Virus record (IMG/VR): IMGVR_UViG_3300048913_000137
Location: 1-59,654 of that record
Length of the DNA: 59,654 bases
Source: a virus
Reading direction: 5' to 3' (one strand)
The notes beneath the pieces are model-generated. The model was not told where the DNA came from. It saw nothing but the letters and a program-made list of their open reading frames with translations, and made no database searches. The translations under genes were made by a program, and so were the position numbers. Shown here piece after piece: positions 27,512-35,631 of this stretch (position 1 is the first letter of the stretch; every line of letters starts with the position of its first letter).

Positions 27512-28201
27512 TCAGGACCGGAGCGCAATCAGGAGCTTTGCCAATTCGTCCACGGCTTCGGTGAGGCCCGCCTGCGCGCCGACGAGCCCCTTGCCGTGGT
27601 AGCCGGGATAGACGCGCTTCCGCACCGGCTCGAAGAAGCACTCGTCTCCCATGCCGTCGATCCAGACACACCAGGCGCAATCCATGAGCGGGCTGTTGCC
27701 ACGCTCGGCTTTCAGGAACGCCAGTCGCCAGGTGATCGGCAAGAAGAACGTCGGCCGCGTCTCCGGGTCATCCCACAGGTCAAGCCGCCCCTTGGTGTTC
27801 CAGTAGTTTTGCTTCAGCAGGAAGATCACGACGGGGGCGTGCTTCCGCGCCTGGATCAAAAATTCCTTGGCATGGCTGAAAGGCGGGTTGGTGATGATCG
27901 CATCATACTGGAAACAACCCTCAACGCTCGGCTTCAGGAAGTCCACGCCGGGGTTGCCGTAGCCGGGGAATTCACGGAGATCGCTGGAAGTAACTTCCAT
28001 GCCATGCCATTCGAGCACGCGGCTCAACCGGCCGTCGCCGCACGCCGGTTCCCACACCCGTTTGATAGGATGACGGTTCTCGCCGATGCTTTCGAGCAAG
28101 GGGATGATGCTCTCCGTCGCATCGACCGGAGTCGGATATAGGTCGGCAGGCTTGCGCTCCCACCGCTTATAGGATTCGACGATTGCGTCAGCCATGCTCA
28201 T
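27512..28201 (-). CDS. DNA N6-adenine methyltransferase
   Basis: EPACGDG (SAM motif I) and ITNPPF (NPPF catalytic motif). Start ATGA-coupled at 28201. Confidence 0.75.
   Translation of the reverse strand: MSMADAIVESYKRWERKPADLYPTPVDATESIIPLLESIGENRHPIKRVWEPACGDGRLSRVLEWHGMEVTSSDLREFPGYGNPGVDFLKPSVEGCFQYDAIITNPPFSHAKEFLIQARKHAPVVIFLLKQNYWNTKGRLDLWDDPETRPTFFLPITWRLAFLKAERGNSPLMDCAWCVWIDGMGDECFFEPVRKRVYPGYHGKGLVGAQAGLTEAVDELAKLLIALRS
27987..27997. repeat. Dispersed palindrome copy GAAGTAACTTC
   Basis: In the N6-MTase gene, read as EVTS. Confidence 0.9.
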
Positions 28202-28452
28202 TTGTGAATCTTCCCGTCTCGAATTACAGGGCGGCCCAAGTGGAACCACACCCCCATGTCATAATCAAGCTCGCCCTTGCAGACTAGCTCTTTCTCTTCT
28301 TCCGTCATCGGTCGGCCAGGGCACTCGGTCGGTATCTGACACTCGCCGGTCTTGCACGTCTTGCAGATAGCCAGGCCGAAGTCGCACACCGCACATCGGT
28401 TGGTCTGTCCGCCGCAATTGCAGTCCGCCGGTTGCATGTATTTGTGCTTCAT
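28198..28452 (-). CDS. Cys-rich small protein (probable zinc-binding)
   Basis: 84 aa with 11 Cys, including CNCGG..C..C and C..C..GEC. Confidence 0.5.
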   Translation of the reverse strand: MKHKYMQPADCNCGGQTNRCAVCDFGLAICKTCKTGECQIPTECPGRPMTEEEKELVCKGELDYDMGVWFHLGRPVIRDGKIHK

Positions 28453-28454
28453 CG

Positions 28455-30620
28455 TCAGTCCTTCCGGTATATCTTGCCCTCATGCCCGGCGGCGTTGAGA
28501 GGCATTCCCTTGGCCCACCTGATCTTGCGGATCATCGCCTCGCGCAATGCCGCCAAGGTGTGCTCGTTATCGTTGACGGCTTCTTCACAGATGATTTCGT
28601 CGTGGACGTGCCCGACGATGGTGAAGCCCATCTTGTGCGCGATCAGGAGCCCTTCGCGTAGGATGTCGCGAGCGACGGCCTGGACGATGTTCTCGATGAA
28701 TTTGCCGCCGTGCGAATAGACGCGAACCCAACCGGACCCGTTCTGCTGCTTCCCCATGTAGGAGATCGTGTCCTTCATGGTCACGACTTCCTCGCCGGTA
28801 TCCTTGTCGATATACCGGAAAGGCCGCTTGGTCACGCGGGGCTTCAGATAGTAGATGTTGCGGCCGGACGGCAGATGGCAGACCAGGTAGGGCTTCGCAT
28901 AGCTGAAGCGGATCGGCCCGACTTTGGTGTTGCGATGGTGGAGGATCGTGCTCTTGATCGCGTCTTCCAGCGCATACCACATCTGCGGGATTTCTTTATA
29001 GACGCGGCGGAAAGTCGCCACGCCCCGATGAGCTTCCTTGCGGCTCATCTCGATACCCATGTTCTCGGCGTATCCCCACAGGCCGGTCTTCTTGCCATCC
29101 ATGATGTTGCCGCCGCCAAGGCGGTAGCCCGCACCCAGGGTGGCAGGCTTTGCCATCTTGCGCTGATAGGAAGTTACTTCGGCATAGGGGATGCCATAAA
29201 GCTCGGTCGCAAAATCCTTGTATGCGTCGCGGCCTTCGCGGAAGACGTTCAACAGGCGCTCACATCCAGACACCCAGCCGATCACCACCGACTCGATAGA
29301 GGACAAGTCGCACACCACCAGCTTCTTGTTCTTCTTGGCGCGCACGCTCGACCGCACCAGCCCGGCCAAGGCATCCATCGGCTCCTTCACCATGAAGGCG
29401 AGGCCGTCAGCATCATCTTCGCGGATGAGATCGGTTAGCTGCGTCAGGACGGACAGGTGCGTGCTGTCATCGCCACCCATCCGCATCGTTGTCAGGTTTT
29501 GCGGCTGGAAGCGGCGGCCCGCGAATCGAGCGGTGCGGCTGGCACCGGCAAACTGGAAGACGAACCGCATCCGGTTGCCCTCGCCCATTGCCTTCAACAG
29601 CGCGGCATACTTCGTCGGCGTCGTGCGCGCCTGCTGCTGGCGGAGCTTCAGGCCGGTGACGCAATCGTCAGTCAGCGTCGGGTAAAGCTCGCCCTTCTTC
29701 TTTTTCAACTCGCCGCTGATACGCCCGGCGTTCGCGGTCAAGACCTTCTTCACCGAGTCCTTGCGGAGATCGTCGAAGGGGTAGCCGCGCTCCTTCAGCC
29801 AGGGGAGAAACTGCGGCACCGATCCGGGGTTGAGCAAGCCGGTGAGCTTCCGCATCCGGTTGAGCAGATACTCTTTCCGCTCCAACGCCATCGCATAAGC
29901 ACGCTCGACGAACGTCCGGTCGATGGGGAGCCCACGGTCATTGATCCGCTGGTCCAGCGCATAGAACCGCCACTCGCGCTCGGGGATCGGATACTCGGGC
30001 TTATCGAGCCGCTTCTTGACGGCTTGCTCCGCGATCACGTCCTGGACGTTATACTCGCAAAACTCCGCCCACTCGGCTGGATGTGTCTCGGACGTGAAGC
30101 GGACATGGCTGTTCGTCTTCGTGAGCTTTTGCGGCCCACAGAACATCTTGATTAGCTTCTTGCCAGTGTCGAGCTTCTGCTTCTCAATCGGCAGGCCGCA
30201 TTGGCGCGCGACTTGATCCAGACCGCCGACGAAGCTGTGCATGTAGGACAGAACCATCGTGCAGCGCCAGCGCGACATGACGGGCCAAATGTCGAGCACG
30301 CGGTTGAGGATCGTCCGCTCGAATTGCGCGTTGAATGCCCACAGTTGCACGCGCTCATCCATGAGGGCATCACGGAGATCGCGGGGCATACGGGGGTTGG
30401 CTGTGCGATCCCAATGCAGGACTTCGCCGCCGTCAATCTGGTAGGCGCACATCAGCACTTCGCATGATGGGTGCGCGGAATAGAGATCGAGCCCGACTTG
30501 CTTCAAGTCGAGATCGCAGTAGGTTTCAAAGTCGAAGGCTAGAGTGCGAACGCGCTGCTTCGGCGGAGCATAATCATACTCGCCGAATTTGTCGTCTAAA
30601 CTGCCGCGCCGCAATGCCAT
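28455..30620 (-). CDS. DNA polymerase, family A, with 3'-5' exonuclease domain
   Basis: AFDFETY (Exo I), VVCDLSSIE (motif A), RKMAKPATLGAGYRLG (motif B), VGHVHDEI (motif C). Confidence 0.9.
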   Translation of the reverse strand: MALRRGSLDDKFGEYDYAPPKQRVRTLAFDFETYCDLDLKQVGLDLYSAHPSCEVLMCAYQIDGGEVLHWDRTANPRMPRDLRDALMDERVQLWAFNAQFERTILNRVLDIWPVMSRWRCTMVLSYMHSFVGGLDQVARQCGLPIEKQKLDTGKKLIKMFCGPQKLTKTNSHVRFTSETHPAEWAEFCEYNVQDVIAEQAVKKRLDKPEYPIPEREWRFYALDQRINDRGLPIDRTFVERAYAMALERKEYLLNRMRKLTGLLNPGSVPQFLPWLKERGYPFDDLRKDSVKKVLTANAGRISGELKKKKGELYPTLTDDCVTGLKLRQQQARTTPTKYAALLKAMGEGNRMRFVFQFAGASRTARFAGRRFQPQNLTTMRMGGDDSTHLSVLTQLTDLIREDDADGLAFMVKEPMDALAGLVRSSVRAKKNKKLVVCDLSSIESVVIGWVSGCERLLNVFREGRDAYKDFATELYGIPYAEVTSYQRKMAKPATLGAGYRLGGGNIMDGKKTGLWGYAENMGIEMSRKEAHRGVATFRRVYKEIPQMWYALEDAIKSTILHHRNTKVGPIRFSYAKPYLVCHLPSGRNIYYLKPRVTKRPFRYIDKDTGEEVVTMKDTISYMGKQQNGSGWVRVYSHGGKFIENIVQAVARDILREGLLIAHKMGFTIVGHVHDEIICEEAVNDNEHTLAALREAMIRKIRWAKGMPLNAAGHEGKIYRKD
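29169..29179. repeat. Dispersed palindrome copy GAAGTTACTTC
   Basis: In the polymerase gene, read as EVTS. Confidence 0.9.
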
Positions 30621-30622
30621 TA

Positions 30623-30633
30623 GAAGTTACTTC
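30623..30633. repeat. Dispersed palindrome copy GAAGTTACTTC
   Basis: Intergenic, 2 nt upstream of the polymerase ATG (30620). Confidence 0.9.
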
Positions 30634-30645
30634 CGCAAATGATGT

Positions 30646-30711
30646 GGGGGTGGTTGCAGCCGGAGCCATATAGGCCCGTAGCCAGCGAGGCGCGCGGAGC
30701 GAACCACCCCC
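30646..30711. other. 10-bp perfect inverted repeat GGGGGTGGTT / AACCACCCCC with a 46-nt loop, between the SSB-like and polymerase genes
   Basis: Arms at 30646-30655 and 30702-30711, each flanked by GATGT. Confidence 0.5.
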
Positions 30712-30722
30712 GATGTCAACGA

Positions 30723-31541
30723 TTAGATGTCGTCATCGTCATCGTCGTCATCGTCATCATCGCGGCTGCGACGCTTCGGCTTTGCCTTCGCCTTGGATTT
30801 GCGGCGTGCAGGCCGCTCATCCTCATCGTCGTCATCGTCGTCGTCATCGCTGTAGTCGTCGTCATCGTCGTCATCGTCGTCGCGCGAACGCTTCGACTTT
30901 GCCTTCGACTTCGACTTCCGGCGCGGCGTGTCGTCATCGTCCTCATCGAACGAATCGTCATCGTCGTCGGGATCACCGTAATCCTCGAAGGTATCGTCCA
31001 GGTCCTCATCGGACAGACGGCCCTCGCCGAACACTTCATCCTTCTTGACGAATTGGATCGACGACAGACCCGCGTTGACGCGCTTGCCGAATTTGTTGTT
31101 CTGATACCAAGGGCGAATGAGGATGTCTCCCCAATACCCCGGCTGGAACACTTCATCGGCATCCTCCGGCTCCACAACCGAGTTGTCGCGGTTGCGGAGA
31201 GGCGGACGGCGCGACTCGCGGGCCGACACGGTGTAGTGCCCCTCATGCTCGGCCTTGCCCGACTGGTCGCCGTCACGGAGAAACTTCTTGTCGGAGGCGA
31301 GGCTTTTGACCTTGTTCTCCTTCAGAAGCTCTTCGATCCGCTCCTTAATCAAGTCCTTCGCCGCGCGATGGGTCTTCTTGGGCAGGAGCCCGACGACGCC
31401 AAACTTGGCCTCGCCCTGATCGCCATCGCCCTTGTAGGGCTTTTTCAGATGCGGGTAGCTGAATCGGACACCGCTGATACGGATCGTTCCATCCGTATAG
31501 AGGATAGCATTCTTCACCTTCTTCTTTATTTCGCGTGCCAT
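30723..31541 (-). CDS. DUF2815-type single-stranded DNA-binding protein with repeated basic/poly-Asp C-terminal blocks
   Basis: VRFSYPHLKKPYKG...FGVVGLLPKK resembles DUF2815. The C-terminus carries two RRKSK(A/S)KAK.KR + poly-D units and ends DDDDDI. Confidence 0.65.
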   Translation of the reverse strand: MAREIKKKVKNAILYTDGTIRISGVRFSYPHLKKPYKGDGDQGEAKFGVVGLLPKKTHRAAKDLIKERIEELLKENKVKSLASDKKFLRDGDQSGKAEHEGHYTVSARESRRPPLRNRDNSVVEPEDADEVFQPGYWGDILIRPWYQNNKFGKRVNAGLSSIQFVKKDEVFGEGRLSDEDLDDTFEDYGDPDDDDDSFDEDDDDTPRRKSKSKAKSKRSRDDDDDDDDDYSDDDDDDDDEDERPARRKSKAKAKPKRRSRDDDDDDDDDDDI

Positions 31542-31582
31542 CGGCTTATCGCTTTCACTGTTTGACGGCCGGAGCCGTGGGC

Positions 31583-32971
31583 CTAGATGTCGTCGTCATC
31601 CATGAGATCATAGTTGTCGAAAACATCACCATCCTTGGGCGCGGCAAGACGGGGATCGTCCACCGCCGCCAAGGTCTTTTGCCCTGGGGGTTTCACCGTA
31701 AAGCCACCGTCATCCAGCAGCTTCTTGGCCTTCCCCAAGGTCATCTTCAGCTTCGCATGGAGCGTTCGCTCTAGCTCGGCCGGAGACTTCATTTTGGTGA
31801 CGAAGAGATCAGAACGCTTCAGGCCGTGCGCCATCAGCGACTCGATGATCCAATCTTCGTCCTCCACCAGCTTGCGGCGGGTGCGGCTCTCCACCACCTT
31901 CCACCACAGCAATTCTTCTTCCTTGCTGACGGCGCGATTCAGCAACTCGGCTCGCACCGCGTTGAAGAATGACTCCATCATCTTTTGATACCGAAGTAAC
32001 TTCGAGAGCGCCATCGTCGAAAGCTCGGGCGGCTTCGGCATGTCAGGGAACGGCGACGTGGCAAATTCGTCCAGGATCACATCGTTGGCGGCGTCCATGC
32101 GCTCGCGGGAGATGTGGACCGGCACCACGTCGATAATCATGTCCTTCGCTTCGATGGCGTCGTAATTCTCGAAGACATCCGTCTCTTCGGCAAGGAAGAT
32201 GTAGGCGGCCGGGCATGTCGCTCGCACCTTGCACCACCGGCAACCCTTGGTGCTCGGCGTGCGGGTGAGTTGATCGCGGGGCTTCCAAGACCGACGCCAG
32301 GCGTCCTTCGCTTCTTCGGCGAATTCCAGAAGCTCTTCGCGGGTCATCGTCCAGGAAGTCATACCCCCGGCCACTCGCGGCTGCGCGATGCAGATTTCGA
32401 TGGTCTGGAAGTTGTAGAGCCAATCCCACTCATAGAAGACGCCGAGCGCGTAGATGCGAAGCTGCTTGTTCCCGCGAGCGAACACCGGGTCCTTCCCATA
32501 CTTCAGGTCGATGATCCGCATCCATTGCCAGCGGAAGGCGATGAAGTCGCCAGTGCCGCCTTGGCCGGGGATCGGCGTTAGTGGGGAGATGTCAACGTAG
32601 CCTTCGACGAGATAGTGCTCGCACTCTTCCATCGTCGCCTGGCACCACTCGACATAATCCTCAACATAGTCGAGCATTTCTTCGGTGATCTCAATCTCGA
32701 AGCCGTTGACGATCTCGACGAAGCCAACCCATTTGTCGGGGCGCTCGCCGGTCTTCAGCCACTCTTCGCCACAGCTATGCCCCACGGTGCCTTCGGCCGC
32801 TTCATAGGTGGCGTGATCCTCCGCGAGCACGTTGAGCACCAGGCTCTCTTCGCACGTCATTGTCATCTCGGACGCGGACGGCGAGAAGACCGAGTGGCCG
32901 GTCGCCATCTGCGCCTTGATTTGATCGGGCGTCAAAGGCCCGAGAAGGGCGGGCAGCTTATGCTCGCTCAA
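31583..32971 (-). CDS. PD-(D/E)XK nuclease, DUF2800 / Cas4-like with Fe-S Cys cluster
   Basis: IIDLKYGK nuclease motif and CRWCKVRATC (C-x2-C-x5-C). Standard neighbour of DUF2815 and PolA. Ends MDDDDI. Confidence 0.7.
   Translation of the reverse strand: MSEHKLPALLGPLTPDQIKAQMATGHSVFSPSASEMTMTCEESLVLNVLAEDHATYEAAEGTVGHSCGEEWLKTGERPDKWVGFVEIVNGFEIEITEEMLDYVEDYVEWCQATMEECEHYLVEGYVDISPLTPIPGQGGTGDFIAFRWQWMRIIDLKYGKDPVFARGNKQLRIYALGVFYEWDWLYNFQTIEICIAQPRVAGGMTSWTMTREELLEFAEEAKDAWRRSWKPRDQLTRTPSTKGCRWCKVRATCPAAYIFLAEETDVFENYDAIEAKDMIIDVVPVHISRERMDAANDVILDEFATSPFPDMPKPPELSTMALSKLLRYQKMMESFFNAVRAELLNRAVSKEEELLWWKVVESRTRRKLVEDEDWIIESLMAHGLKRSDLFVTKMKSPAELERTLHAKLKMTLGKAKKLLDDGGFTVKPPGQKTLAAVDDPRLAAPKDGDVFDNYDLMDDDDI
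31993..32003. repeat. Dispersed palindrome copy GAAGTAACTTC
   Basis: In the DUF2800 nuclease gene, read as KLL. Confidence 0.9.
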
Positions 32972-33507
32972 AGGTCATCATCCTCATCATAGGCGGGCGG
33001 AACGCCAGGGGCGACACACCCTTGGCTCATGCAGTAGCAACCGTGCTCCCGCATACCGATGCAGTCTTCACAGACATAGGGAACATTAACGGAACGGATG
33101 AGTCCGGTCAAGTCTTCGAGCGCCGTTTCCAGTTTACCGATGGTCTTTACGGACTGGCGGAGATAGTAGGTTTCGATCTCCAAGTAGATCGCCTGCATGT
33201 GTGGATCGTTGAGCCCCACAAGCTGATAGCCGTTCATGGCGGCAATCGTCGGCGTCCGGCCGGTGCCGAGCGCCAGGTTCGGCCGACACAAGCCGCTGTA
33301 GGGCGGGCGGCCCTCCCAGGTGTGTTGTCCGACTTCGGCGTAGTAGGTGCCGCGCTGGATATGACTGCGCTTCGGCGAGCAATAGAATCCACGCTTGCCC
33401 GCCTCGCGGTGGAGCACCTTGCTTATATCGAGTTTGAATTCGGCATCGGCCAGGGGGTCCGGCTTCCACATGATCGTCTTAGGGGCGTCGGTCATAGTCG
33501 TCACCAT
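32968..33507 (-). CDS. Hypothetical protein with C-terminal Cys cluster and acidic tail (YDEDDDL)
   Basis: 179-aa ORF in the replication operon. Confidence 0.5.
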   Translation of the reverse strand: MVTTMTDAPKTIMWKPDPLADAEFKLDISKVLHREAGKRGFYCSPKRSHIQRGTYYAEVGQHTWEGRPPYSGLCRPNLALGTGRTPTIAAMNGYQLVGLNDPHMQAIYLEIETYYLRQSVKTIGKLETALEDLTGLIRSVNVPYVCEDCIGMREHGCYCMSQGCVAPGVPPAYDEDDDL

Positions 33508-33730
33508 GATAAATGATTTCGGTGCAAGCGCGGCATTGCGACACCCATCCGTCTTGCGACCAACAGATTTCGGTCTGATCGTGGTGCTGGCAATGGCCGC
33601 ACTCGCAACGGTGGACTGGATAGCAGCAGGAAGGACAGGCTTCGACCGTCAGATATTTCCACCAGGCGAACAGGAGCATCAGCCCCAGCATACCCAAGAT
33701 CACATAGATCGGAACCGCCCAACTACCCAT
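33479..33730 (-). CDS. Small membrane-anchored Cys/His-rich protein
   Basis: 83 aa. N-terminal TM helix followed by CPSCCYPVHRCECGHCQHH...C..C. Confidence 0.5.
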   Translation of the reverse strand: MGSWAVPIYVILGMLGLMLLFAWWKYLTVEACPSCCYPVHRCECGHCQHHDQTEICWSQDGWVSQCRACTEIIYHGDDYDRRP

Positions 33731-34711
33731 TTATTCCTCCTGTTTGTCCTCATCGTCAAACCGATCACGCGCCGTGTCGGGATCACGATTAAGCATGGAA
33801 GTTACTTCCGGCCAACGCTTGCCGGTTTCCATCAGCAGTCGATACGGCTCTTTCTCGGCCGCGATGTCGCGATCCCAAAGCTCATGATCGACGAGAAGCC
33901 TGATCTCTTCTTCCACCAGCGCGTCGATCACGGACGGCTGCATGGAGTCAAGCTCCCAGGACGACTTGGTGTTGTAGGTGGCGCAGTAGGTCCGATAGCG
34001 GCTGTCCGTCTCCTTGGCGGGATTCGGCGGCGGCGCATAGCGATTGATTTGCTCCATCGTGAGCGCGATCCGGTTGACTTCGATCCCTTCGATCTCGCGG
34101 GACAGCAGGGCCAGGCGCTCGGCGATGTTCTCGGTCATCTGCGTGCCGGAGGGGTCATGATCCCCCAGGTGGATGACGGTGCAGGATTGACCGGCGTCGG
34201 CAAAGCCCGCCAGCCGATTCGCTGCGTCATACATCTCGGACGCCGAGACGTAGCCCTTGCAGGCGAAGTAGGGAACGCGCCAACGACGGCAGGGACGTTC
34301 GATGACGCCGACAAGCGCCTCTTTCTCGATCCACACTTCGACGTAGTTGGGCTGGTTGACCCAGGGGTCATTCTTGAAGTGGCGGCCCCAATCCAGGATG
34401 AATTCGGCCGGGCTGTTCGGATCGCCGGGGTCGCCCCACATCGGCGTCGGAGCCAGGTTGCGCCCGCGATCCTCAATGGCATCCCAATCGACCAAACCGG
34501 CGAGGCGAGCGTCGTTGAGGATTTCCCCCAGGCGCTTATACTCGGTCTGTTTGTTGACGAGCCAATTCCGCTGCACAAACTGGTAGTATAGCTGGCGGAG
34601 GGTGAGCTTGTAGCCCTGCGCCTGGTAGTCGGCGATCAGGGTGTTGGCTTTCCGAATGATCGCCCGCGTTCCAGCGCGGAAGTCTTTCGGGACAAAACAT
34701 TCGGTAGGCAT
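33731..34711 (-). CDS. Spo11 / topoisomerase VI subunit A-like protein (5Y-CAP + Toprim; 'Topo mini-A'-like)
   Basis: LTLRQLYYQFV (catalytic-Tyr winged-helix motif), VEVWIEKEALVGV (Toprim Glu, EKEA motif), VIHLGDHDPSG (DxDPxG). 326 aa, with no Top6B partner nearby. Confidence 0.6.
   Translation of the reverse strand: MPTECFVPKDFRAGTRAIIRKANTLIADYQAQGYKLTLRQLYYQFVQRNWLVNKQTEYKRLGEILNDARLAGLVDWDAIEDRGRNLAPTPMWGDPGDPNSPAEFILDWGRHFKNDPWVNQPNYVEVWIEKEALVGVIERPCRRWRVPYFACKGYVSASEMYDAANRLAGFADAGQSCTVIHLGDHDPSGTQMTENIAERLALLSREIEGIEVNRIALTMEQINRYAPPPNPAKETDSRYRTYCATYNTKSSWELDSMQPSVIDALVEEEIRLLVDHELWDRDIAAEKEPYRLLMETGKRWPEVTSMLNRDPDTARDRFDDEDKQEE
33798..33808. repeat. Dispersed palindrome copy GAAGTTACTTC
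   Basis: In the Spo11-like gene, read as EVTS. Confidence 0.9.
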
Positions 34712-34748
34712 ACGGCCCTCCTTTTTCAGTGTGTCGCCTGGCTACCCA

Positions 34749-34787
34749 GGAACGAACCCCGCCTGCCGTGGGAATAACAGGCGGGGC
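34749..34787 (-). terminator. Hairpin CCCCGCCTG...CAGGCGGGG between two minus-strand genes
   Basis: 9-bp perfect stem seen in the 34712-34811 spacer; weak T-run. Confidence 0.35.
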
Positions 34788-34811
34788 TCGGCGCTAATCG
34801 GCTAGAGCCGA

Positions 34812-35186
34812 TCAGACTTCATCGTCATCGTCGTCGGCGTCGTCGTCATCGCCTTCGAGCAGCGTCTCGGCGAATTCATAGGCGGCGTCGAAAAGCTCGG
34901 GCTGCGTCAGAAGCTCGGCGAGATCGGCACAGCCGACGCTCTTCAGATACTTCCGGCACGCGGGCTTGTCTTCCTTGGCGGCCTTGCGGAAGATCGCGCC
35001 GGTTTCGTCGGCGTCATGCTCCGGCTCGACGGCCTTCTTCTTGGCGGGTGCCTTCTTGGCTGCGGCCTTCTCGGCCGGAGCCTTGTCGGTCGCCGCCTTG
35101 GCGGTGGAACCAGTGCCGTTCTTTTCGATGGCCTGGCGCAACGCGACGACTTCCTTCGTCAGCGTCTCGATTTTCTCTTCGAGCAT
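34812..35186 (-). CDS. Hypothetical protein, coiled-coil N-terminus, Lys/Ala-rich tract, poly-acidic C-terminus (DDDDDEV)
   Basis: Start MLEEK with GGAGGA 4 nt upstream (alternative 35198). First gene of the leftward replication operon. Confidence 0.5.
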   Translation of the reverse strand: MLEEKIETLTKEVVALRQAIEKNGTGSTAKAATDKAPAEKAAAKKAPAKKKAVEPEHDADETGAIFRKAAKEDKPACRKYLKSVGCADLAELLTQPELFDAAYEFAETLLEGDDDDADDDDDEV

Positions 35187-35226
35187 TCGATCCTCCATAT
35201 GGATGTTTCCCGATTGGGAGGCCCAG

Positions 35227-35255
35227 CTTCTAGGGATCGCGGTTTTTGCTGTCAA
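35227..35255 (-). promoter_or_regulatory. Candidate leftward promoter TTGACA-N17-TAGAAG
   Basis: Minus strand reads TTGACAgcaaaaaccgcgatcccTAGAAG, ~30 nt upstream of the 34812 gene start. Hexamers are identical to the 46537 promoter. Confidence 0.4.
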
Positions 35256-35328
35256 CAACAAAAATAACTTGTGTCAGATAGGGTCTTATTGCTACGCCCA
35301 CGGCACGACCGATCCGCCGGGGTAAATC

Positions 35329-35625
35329 ATGACCGAGAAATTTCAGTGGCCTATGCCTTCATGGCTAGGCGATCTACCAGATATAGATGCTAAGGTCGCC
35401 AAGACCCGCATCCTGTTGTGTCTCGCCAGCGCATATTGCGGTGAGCGGGGCAACCTTTCCCGACTCGCGCGGCGCATGAATGTGCCCGAGCAGACCGTCC
35501 ATAGTGCGGCGGATCGCGGCCAGGTGTCGCCCGAGATGGCGATTGCCCTGGAAACCTTGCTCGGCCGCGAGCACTTTCCCCGAGAGCTTTTCCGCCCTGA
35601 TCTCTTCACTCTTCCGGCGGAGTAA
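35329..35625 (+). CDS. Cro/YdaS-like helix-turn-helix regulator
   Basis: 98 aa. GNLSRLARRMNVPEQTVHSAADRGQVSPEMA looks like an HTH. Divergent from the replication operon. Confidence 0.5.
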   Translation: MTEKFQWPMPSWLGDLPDIDAKVAKTRILLCLASAYCGERGNLSRLARRMNVPEQTVHSAADRGQVSPEMAIALETLLGREHFPRELFRPDLFTLPAE

Positions 35626-35631
35626 TCGCGG

